This document shows positions 46,952-53,713 of a stretch of 53,713 bases of DNA, piece by piece. The stretch is from Baekduia sp. (lineage in GTDB: Bacteria; Actinomycetota; Thermoleophilia; Solirubrobacterales; Solirubrobacteraceae), in the NCBI GenBank assembly GCA_036500525.1, contig DASYBY010000196.1:1-53713 (forward strand). Direction: 5' to 3'. How positions within the stretch are numbered: the stretch's first letter is position 1; every line of letters begins with the position of its first letter. The notes beneath the pieces were generated by a model, which searched no databases, had not been told where the DNA came from, and saw only the letters and a list, made by a program, of their open reading frames with translations. Made by a program: the position numbers and the translations under genes.

Positions 46952-48751
46952 ATGACCGAAGAGACCCAGGTGTTGATCGTCGGGGGTGGTGGAGCGGGGC
47001 TCGCCGCGTCCGTGATGCTCGGCGAGCAGGGCGTCGACACCATCCTGGTCGAGCGCCACCCGGGCACCGCGCTGGTGCCCAAGGCGCACATCATCCACTG
47101 CCGGACCATGGAGATCTTCGGCCAGTACGGCATCGGGGACACCGTCCTGGCGGAGGGCTGCCCGCCCGAGAACTTCTGCGAGACCAGCTGGTACACGAGC
47201 CTCGGCGGGGACGAGCCGTGGGACCGTCAGGTCATCACGAGCATCCCGTCGTGGTCGCACTCCGACCTCGCGCCGTACTACGCGAAGCTGACCGCCTCGC
47301 CGATGTCCAACCTCCCCCAGCACCTGCTCGAGCCGCTGCTGCGGCGCCGGGCCGAGGCGCTCAACGGGACCGAGCGCGTGCGGTTCTTCCACGAGCTGAC
47401 CGCGATCGAGCAGGACGACGCCGGCGTGACCGCGACGATCCTCGACCGCGCCAACGGCGAGTCGTACACCGTGCGCGCGGCGTACGTGGTCGGCGCCGAC
47501 GGCGGCAAGATGATCGGCGCCGCGCTCGGCGTGGAGATGGTCGGCCCCGAGCCGTTCGTCGACGTGGTCTCCCTGACGTTCGACGCCGATCTGGCCGAGT
47601 ACCTCCAGGAGGACACCTCGCTGATCCGGCTCTTCCTGCAGCCGAGCCCCGACGGGACGGTGCGTCGCTTCAGCATCGTGGCCTCAGGTCCCGAGCCGTG
47701 GGATCGCACCTGCCGCCATTGGCGCAGCGGGGTGATCCTTCCGGTCGGCTCCGAGCTCACCCCGGAGAAGTACACCGAGGAGGACGCGATCCGCGACCTG
47801 CGGGGGCTGTTCAAGCTGCCCGACCTCGAGATCACCGACATCACCATGAACCACTGGCTGATCCAGTCGGTCTACGCGGAGCGCTTCCAGGTCGGCCGCG
47901 TCTTCCTGGCCGGCGACGCGGCGCACCGCCACTCCCCGATGGGCGGCCTCGGGCTCAACACCGGCATCCAGGACGCGCACAACCTGAGCTGGAAGCTGGC
48001 GGCCGTGCTCAGCGGCCAGGCCTCCCCCGCGCTGCTGGACTCCTACGCGCCCGAGCGTCTGCCGGTCGCGCGGCGCCGCGTCGAGTTCGCCACGTTCTCG
48101 TTCTTCAACCACCTGTCGGTCAGCGGCAGCTTCGGCATGCTGCCGGGCGCGCAGGAGGACCACAACCGCGCGGTCCTGACCGCGCTGTTCTCCGACACGC
48201 CCGATGGCGCCAACCGCCGCGCTCAGCTCGAGGAGATGGTCTACACCCTGCGGCGTGAGTTCCAGCATGCCGACATGGACCTCGGCTACGAGTACGCGGA
48301 CAGCCCGGCGGTCGTGGCCGACGGCTCGGCCGCACCGCCGCGCGATCCGGTCGGCCACCGCTACGAGCCGGTCGCCCGCCCGGGCCACCGCGTCCCGCAT
48401 GCGTGGTTCACGCGCGCGGGTACGGACATCGCGACCCACCAGCTGCTGACGCCGGGCGGCTTCCTGCTGCTCGCGGGCCCCGACGGCCAGGCCTGGTGTG
48501 ACGCCGCGTCGGCGATCGCCGAGGCGTCGGGCCTGCCGATCGCCGCGCTCCGCGTCGGCGCCGACCTCGACGACCGCGACGGCGACTGGACCGCGGTGCG
48601 GGGCCACGACGACGACGGCGCGGTGCTCGTGCGGCCCGACGGCCACGTCGCCTTCCGGGCGCCGGGCGCGAGCGCCGACGCGCGCGCCGTCCTGCAGGGC
48701 GCCCTGGACGTCTCGCTCGGCGTGCCGGCCACCGCGGGGGCGGTACGGTGA
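46952..48751 (+). CDS. FAD-dependent monooxygenase, 2,4-dichlorophenol 6-monooxygenase (TfdB)-like
   Basis: GGGGAGL, RTMEI, LPQHLLEP, ADGG, LAGDAAHRH...GLNTGIQDAHNL, VRPDGHV. Confidence 0.88.
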   Translation: MTEETQVLIVGGGGAGLAASVMLGEQGVDTILVERHPGTALVPKAHIIHCRTMEIFGQYGIGDTVLAEGCPPENFCETSWYTSLGGDEPWDRQVITSIPSWSHSDLAPYYAKLTASPMSNLPQHLLEPLLRRRAEALNGTERVRFFHELTAIEQDDAGVTATILDRANGESYTVRAAYVVGADGGKMIGAALGVEMVGPEPFVDVVSLTFDADLAEYLQEDTSLIRLFLQPSPDGTVRRFSIVASGPEPWDRTCRHWRSGVILPVGSELTPEKYTEEDAIRDLRGLFKLPDLEITDITMNHWLIQSVYAERFQVGRVFLAGDAAHRHSPMGGLGLNTGIQDAHNLSWKLAAVLSGQASPALLDSYAPERLPVARRRVEFATFSFFNHLSVSGSFGMLPGAQEDHNRAVLTALFSDTPDGANRRAQLEEMVYTLRREFQHADMDLGYEYADSPAVVADGSAAPPRDPVGHRYEPVARPGHRVPHAWFTRAGTDIATHQLLTPGGFLLLAGPDGQAWCDAASAIAEASGLPIAALRVGADLDDRDGDWTAVRGHDDDGAVLVRPDGHVAFRAPGASADARAVLQGALDVSLGVPATAGAVR

Positions 48752-49236
48752 CCGCCGCGCCGCGGCTGCCCGCGCTCTTCCATGTCGGCTTCGTCGTGGC
48801 CGACCTCGAGGCCGCCGGCGCCGACTACGAGCGCCGCTACGGCATCCCGGTCGAGCGCGTCTTCGACCTGACCGTCGAGGACGCGGAGCTCGACGGCGCG
48901 CCGGCAAGGTTCAGCGCCCGCTACGGCTTCCTCCCCCTGGGCAACACCGACCTCGAGCTGATCCAGCCGCTGGAGGGTGACTCGCCCTACTCGCGCTTCC
49001 TGGCCGGGCACGGCGACGGCATCCACCACCTGGCGTTCGTCGTCGACTCGATCGACGCCTACCTCGAGCACCTGCGGGCGACCGAGGCGGGCGCAGAGCT
49101 GGTCCTTGATGCACGCGTCCCCGGCGGCCTGCGCTTCGTCTACGTCGATGGCACCGCGTACGGGACAGTGCTCGAACTGGTCGAGATGCCGGAGGACTTC
49201 GCGCCCCCGGCGGAGGCGACAAATCTTCACCTATAG
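48748..49236 (+). CDS. VOC family protein (glyoxalase/epimerase-like)
   Basis: FHVGFVV, LELIQP, GIHHLAF, LELVE. Confidence 0.85.
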   Translation: MTAAPRLPALFHVGFVVADLEAAGADYERRYGIPVERVFDLTVEDAELDGAPARFSARYGFLPLGNTDLELIQPLEGDSPYSRFLAGHGDGIHHLAFVVDSIDAYLEHLRATEAGAELVLDARVPGGLRFVYVDGTAYGTVLELVEMPEDFAPPAEATNLHL

Positions 49237-49278
49237 TATGGACGTTAGTCTGCTATCTGCCGTCCTGGAGGAGAGCCC

Positions 49279-49593
49279 ATGATCCGCGTCAGCGCGATGT
49301 ACCCGACGACCCCCGGCAAGACGTTCGACCACGACTACTACCGTGACTCGCACGTCCCGCTGGCCCTGAGGCTCTTCGGCCCCCATGGCCTGCAACGGGT
49401 CGAGATCGACCGCGGTATCGAGGGCCCGGGTCCCGGCCAGGCGCCGCCGTACGTGGCCATCGGCCACCTGTTCTTCGACTCGGCCGAGGGCTTCCACGCC
49501 GCGTTGGCCGCGAACGGCGCCGAAGTGCTCGGCGACATCCCCAACTTCACCCAGATCGACGCTCAGCTGCAGCTGAGCGAGATCGTGAGCTGA
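49279..49593 (+). CDS. EthD family protein
   Basis: FDHDYYRDSHVPL and DIPNFT. RBS GGAGG. Confidence 0.9.
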   Translation: MIRVSAMYPTTPGKTFDHDYYRDSHVPLALRLFGPHGLQRVEIDRGIEGPGPGQAPPYVAIGHLFFDSAEGFHAALAANGAEVLGDIPNFTQIDAQLQLSEIVS

Positions 49594-49600
49594 GGCCGTG

Positions 49601-50881
49601 ATGACCGACGACGTGCTGGATCGCCCGACGCTCGACGGCTTCGACCCGCTGTCGCCGGAGTTCCGGGCCGACCCCTACCCGATGCTCGAGCGCGCGCGCC
49701 GCGAGTGCCCGGTGCTCTACTACGAGCCGCTCGACTTCTGGGCGCTCACCCGGTACGAGGACGTGGCCGGGATCATCGGCGACTTCAAGACGTTCTCCTC
49801 GCGCGCGTTCGGGACGGTGCCGGTGCCCGAGGAGTTGGCCGACCGCGTGCCGTCGGACTTCTTCTCGAAGGCGCTGCTGGCCAGCGACCCGCCCGGCCAC
49901 ACGTTGTTGCGCAAGCACGGGCAGAAGGCGCTGACGAGGGGCCGGATCGCCGCGATGGAGCCCACGATCGAGGCCATCTGCCACGAGCTGATCGACGAGT
50001 TCATCGCCGACGGCGGGTGCGACATCATGACCCGGTACGCCAACGAGGTGACCGTGCGCACGATCGTGCGCATGCTCGGGCTCCCACTCGAGGACACCGA
50101 GCGTTTGCGCGGCTGGGCGCGCGACGTCGTCGCCGTCATCACGCCGCGCGCGCTGGCCCGCGAGGACGGCGCGCCGGCGCCGGTCAAGCACATGAGCGAG
50201 GAGGAGCGGCTCGAGCGCTACGGGCGCATCGCCGACGCGCGTGACTACTTCCGCGCGATGATCGCCGCGCGCGCGGCCGAGCCGCGGGATGACCTGATCT
50301 CGGCGCTGGTCGCGGTCAAGGACGAGCACGGCGAGCCGGCGCTGGACCGTGAGCGGATCGTGAGCCACCTCTCAGAGCTGCTCACCGCCGGCACGTCGAC
50401 GACGGCCAACCTGATCGGTCAGATGCTGCGCCTCTTCGATCGCTTCCCCGAGCAGCGCGACGCCGTCCAGCGCGACCCCGAGCTGATGGTCAACGCCGTC
50501 GAGGAGGGCCTCCGCCACAGCGGCAGCACGCTCGGCGTCTTCCGCGTCACGACCCGCGACGTCGAGATCGGTGGCGTCCAGATCCCGTCAGGCGCGCTCG
50601 TCTGGGCCTGCTACGCCTCGACCGGACGCGATGCCGACCGCTTCGCCGACCCCGACACCTTCGACGTGTCGCGCGAGGACGCCTCCGAGCATCTCGAGTT
50701 CGGCATCGGCCGCCACTTCTGCATGGGCGCGCCGCTCGGCCGCCTGGAGTCCCGGCTCGCGCTGCAGATCCTCTACGAGCGGATCCCGGGCCTGCGCGTT
50801 GTCGAGGGCCAGAAGCTCGACTACGTCCCGTCGATCGTGACGACCTCGCTCCGCGAGCTCCGCGTCGCCTGGGCCACCTGA
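49601..50881 (+). CDS. Cytochrome P450
   Basis: DPPGH, AGTSTT, EEGLR, HLEFGIGRHFCMG. Alternative GTG at 49598. Confidence 0.96.
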   Translation: MTDDVLDRPTLDGFDPLSPEFRADPYPMLERARRECPVLYYEPLDFWALTRYEDVAGIIGDFKTFSSRAFGTVPVPEELADRVPSDFFSKALLASDPPGHTLLRKHGQKALTRGRIAAMEPTIEAICHELIDEFIADGGCDIMTRYANEVTVRTIVRMLGLPLEDTERLRGWARDVVAVITPRALAREDGAPAPVKHMSEEERLERYGRIADARDYFRAMIAARAAEPRDDLISALVAVKDEHGEPALDRERIVSHLSELLTAGTSTTANLIGQMLRLFDRFPEQRDAVQRDPELMVNAVEEGLRHSGSTLGVFRVTTRDVEIGGVQIPSGALVWACYASTGRDADRFADPDTFDVSREDASEHLEFGIGRHFCMGAPLGRLESRLALQILYERIPGLRVVEGQKLDYVPSIVTTSLRELRVAWAT

Positions 50882-50883
50882 CC

Positions 50884-51035
50884 GTGGCGCATCCGAGGGC
50901 GCTGTCTCCCCCGAGGGGCGGCCCGTGCCGCGACGCTGGCGGCTGCTGGTCGCCGACTACCCGACCTTCGAGGACTACCAGCGCAAGACCGCGCGGGAGA
51001 TCGCCGTCGTCGTGCTGGAGCGGACCGGCGCCTAG
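50884..51035 (+). pseudogene. 3' remnant of an F420H2-dependent nitroreductase (Ddn/FDOR-A family)
   Basis: Manual translation from 50937 gives WRLLVADYPTFEDYQRKTAREIAVVVLERTGA*, matching the Ddn C-terminal YQ.KT.REIP.VVL motif. N-terminal part missing. Confidence 0.8.
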
Positions 51036-52114
51036 ACCGCCGGCGCCGTCGCGGTCAAGAGCTCCCAGATCCGGTCGCCGGACTGCGCGGCCTCCTCGGA
51101 GACGACGCGCGCCCACGAGCGCTCGGAGCCGTACTCGTCGCGCCACGCGAGCACGCGCCGCGTGTAGAGGTGCAGCGGGTACTCGGTGGTGACGCCGATC
51201 GCGCCGTGGATCTGGTGCGCGTGGCGCGCCACCTGGGTGGCGGCGCGGCTGCCGACGACGCGGGCGACGGCGATCGCGAAGCGCGGCATCGGACCCTCCT
51301 CCGGGACGGCGGCAACCGCGAGCTCGCAGGCCGTCCGCGCCAGCGCGACCTCGCGCGCCAGCTCGGCGAGGTGGTTCTGCACGAACTGGAAGCGCGCGAT
51401 CGAGCGCCCGAACTGCTGACGGGTGCGCGCGTAGCCGACGGTCAGCTCCTGGATGCGGTCCAGCGCACCCGCCGTGCTGACCGCGCGCAGCAGCGCGCCG
51501 CGCAGCAGCAACTCCTCCTCGTCGAACCACGGCGCGGGGGTGCCGATGAGCGCGGACGCGAGCAGGCAGCCGTCGAAGACGAGGTCGTCGCGCGGCTCGC
51601 CGGCCAGGTTGGCGCCGGGAAGGGCGGCGATCCGATCGGCCGGGACGGCCGCGACGCGCAGCGCACCGCCGGGCTCGCGCGCGAGGACCAGGACCGTCCC
51701 GGCCGCTGCACCCCAGGGCACGCCGTGGGCGCGGCCCGAAAGCCGGTGGCCGTCGGCCGTGGGCTCGAGTGTGAGCAGGTCGCCGGCCACCGCGGGCGCC
51801 GCGGTCAGGGGGCCGGCGGGTGCCTGGAGGCCACCGGCGACAGCCACGAAGCCGCCGAGCAGCGTGGTCTCGCCGAGCGGCAGCGGCACGGCATGGCTGC
51901 CGGCGATCCGGACCAGCGCGCAACCGTCGGCGACGCTGCCACCACCGCCGCCGGCAGCCTCGGGGACCGAGACGAGCGTGAAGCCGAGCTCGGTGAGCTC
52001 ATCCCAGCGCTCGGGGTCCAGGGCCACGTCGGCCTCGCTCGCGCCGCCGTCGACCGGGTAGCGCGCGGCGAAGAGCTCGCGAAGGATCTCGCTGAAGAGG
52101 TCGGTGCCGCTCAT
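51032..52114 (-). CDS. Acyl-CoA dehydrogenase, probable non-catalytic subunit of a heteromer
   Basis: RQQFGRSIARFQ and HQIHGAIGVTTEY. No catalytic Glu motif. Start overlaps the partner stop. Confidence 0.88.
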   Translation of the reverse strand: MSGTDLFSEILRELFAARYPVDGGASEADVALDPERWDELTELGFTLVSVPEAAGGGGGSVADGCALVRIAGSHAVPLPLGETTLLGGFVAVAGGLQAPAGPLTAAPAVAGDLLTLEPTADGHRLSGRAHGVPWGAAAGTVLVLAREPGGALRVAAVPADRIAALPGANLAGEPRDDLVFDGCLLASALIGTPAPWFDEEELLLRGALLRAVSTAGALDRIQELTVGYARTRQQFGRSIARFQFVQNHLAELAREVALARTACELAVAAVPEEGPMPRFAIAVARVVGSRAATQVARHAHQIHGAIGVTTEYPLHLYTRRVLAWRDEYGSERSWARVVSEEAAQSGDRIWELLTATAPAV

Positions 52115-53256
52115 CCGGCGCTCATCCGCCGTGCGGTGACGCCACGGAGGATCTCGGTCGTCCCGCCGCGCAACGTGATCATCGGCGCGGTCAGCACCAT
52201 GTCGTCGAGCAGGGCCTGCAGCACGGCGTCGTCGACCGCGCAGTCCGACACCAGCTCGCGCACCGTCTCGATGCTGTTCTGCTCGTAGCCGGTGCCTGCG
52301 TCCTTGCAGAGCGCGGCGTCCGCGGCGAGGTCGCCGCCCTCGGCGGCGAGCACGCGCATCGAGAGGCCGCGCACGGCGACGAGCTCCGCCAGCAGGCGGC
52401 CGGCGGCCGTCGCGACCTCCGGGCGCTCCACCGGGGCGACGGCGAGGAAGCGCTCGACGAGCGGGTAGGTGCTCATGTAGCGGTCCGGGCCGCTGCGCTC
52501 GAAGCTCAGCTCGGCGAGCACCTGCTTCCACCCGGCCCCGAGGTGCCCGACGACGTCCTCGTCGTCGATCAGGACGTCGTCGAAGAAGACCTCGCAGAAG
52601 TCGGCCTCGCCGTTCATCGCGCCGATGGGCCGGATCTCGACCCCCGGCGCGCGCAGGTCGACGAGCATCTGGCTCAGGCCGACGTGCCGGTCCTCCGACG
52701 TGCCGTCGGTCCGGCACAACACCACCATGTAGTCGGCATGCTGCGCAGCCGTCGACCAGATCTTCTGGCCGCTGAGCCGCCAGCCGTCGTCGCTGTGCAC
52801 GGCGCGCGTGCGCACCGACGCGAGGTCCGAGCCGCTTCCGGGCTCGCTCATGCCGATCGCGAAGGTGAGCTCGCCGCGAGCGATCAGCGGCAGGAACCTC
52901 TGGCGTTGGGCCTCGGTCCCGACCTCCAGCAGCATGGGGACGATCTGGCGCTCCGCCGTCCAGTGCGCGGTGACGGGGGCACCGGCCGCCAACAGCTCCT
53001 CAGCGATCACGTAGCGCTCCCGACCGGTGCGTCCGCCGCCGCCGTACTCGGTCGGGATCGTGACGCCCACCCACCCGCGCTCGGCCAGGCGCCGGGTCAC
53101 CTCGCGCGAGAAGCCCCGGCACCATCCGTCGCACTGCGGCTCGAAGACACCCTCCTGCCGCCACTCGGCGAGCACCGCCCGCACCTCCAGACGCAGCTCG
53201 TCCAGCGGCGAGACGGGGCTTGACATCGCCGTGCCGGTCTCTGACATCGGTCGCAT
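52111..53256 (-). CDS. Acyl-CoA dehydrogenase, catalytic subunit (FadE26-like)
   Basis: GMSEPGSGSDL, GQKIWS, EVFFDDV, LSFER, GGTTEI. Start may be 53247. Confidence 0.92.
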   Translation of the reverse strand: MRPMSETGTAMSSPVSPLDELRLEVRAVLAEWRQEGVFEPQCDGWCRGFSREVTRRLAERGWVGVTIPTEYGGGGRTGRERYVIAEELLAAGAPVTAHWTAERQIVPMLLEVGTEAQRQRFLPLIARGELTFAIGMSEPGSGSDLASVRTRAVHSDDGWRLSGQKIWSTAAQHADYMVVLCRTDGTSEDRHVGLSQMLVDLRAPGVEIRPIGAMNGEADFCEVFFDDVLIDDEDVVGHLGAGWKQVLAELSFERSGPDRYMSTYPLVERFLAVAPVERPEVATAAGRLLAELVAVRGLSMRVLAAEGGDLAADAALCKDAGTGYEQNSIETVRELVSDCAVDDAVLQALLDDMVLTAPMITLRGGTTEILRGVTARRMSAG

Positions 53257-53304
53257 TGATGGCTACTATAACAAGCATTACGACCAGCCGGGCGCCGACT
53301 CGGC

Positions 53305-53713
53305 CTACCAGGTCACCTCGAGCCCTTGCAGCACGTTGGTCAGCAGGATCGACTGGAACTCCAGCCGCTGGTCGGGCACGACCCGCAGGCCGGGCAGGCG
53401 CTCGAAGAGCACCTCGAGGCCGACCCTGGCCTCGGTCCGGGTCAGCGGCGCCCCGATGCAGAAGTGGCGCCCCTTGCCAAACGTCATGTGGTCCTTGGCG
53501 TTGGACCGGTGGATGTCGAACCGCTCGGGCTCGGGGAAGCGCCCCGGGTCGTGCGCGGCCGCCGCGATGGCCAGCCACACCAGCGCGCCGGCCGGGATGA
53601 CGGTGCCGCCGACCTCGACCTCGCGCGTCGTCGTCTTGAAGATCCCGACCGTGGGCGAGCGGCGCCGCAGCACCTCCTCGATGGTGTTCTCGATCAGCGA
53701 AGGGTCGGCCAGG
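53305..53713 (-). CDS. Cytochrome P450, 5'-partial (runs off the window)
   Basis: EEVLR, PERFDIHR, HMTFGKGRHFCIG. Confidence 0.93.
   Translation of the reverse strand, partial: LADPSLIENTIEEVLRRRSPTVGIFKTTTREVEVGGTVIPAGALVWLAIAAAAHDPGRFPEPERFDIHRSNAKDHMTFGKGRHFCIGAPLTRTEARVGLEVLFERLPGLRVVPDQRLEFQSILLTNVLQGLEVTW

Noticed and set aside
1-53713. CRISPR array, tRNA/rRNA, IS element, integrase or defence system
   Set aside because: No regularly spaced repeats, RNA gene signatures or recombinase/nuclease motifs seen. Intergenic gaps are mostly too short. A covariance-model search was not possible.

Overview
Very GC-rich, gene-dense actinobacterial DNA. F420-type LLM/FDOR genes, heteromeric acyl-CoA dehydrogenases and the ABC gene style suggest Thermoleophilia/Solirubrobacterales (inference only). 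The window is one accessory catabolic island of about 50 genes. It holds two paralogous Liv-type ABC importer cassettes, four cytochromes P450 (one cut by the window edge) with no ferredoxin, and three group A flavin monooxygenases (two MhpA-like, one TfdB-like). It also holds two bicovalent BBE-like FAD oxidases, ring-cleavage accessories (VOC dioxygenase, cyclase, FAH hydrolase, cupin, two lactonases) and CoA-pathway enzymes (PaaK-like ligase, three ACADs, two crotonases, a thiolase with an HMG-CoA-synthase/OB-fold fusion partner). A PhyH dioxygenase, a ThDP enzyme and one GntR/FadR regulator complete the set. No rRNA, tRNA, CRISPR array or transposase was seen. The best leads are: a PhlA+PhlB-like fusion lacking its catalytic and zinc cysteines beside a thiolase; a P450 with an AGKAA I-helix; a duplicated monooxygenase + HxxxK-SDR module; a shared CTAAC[A/G]T operator-like motif; and gene remnants missing from the ORF track. 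All product calls come from reading motifs by eye, with no database search.
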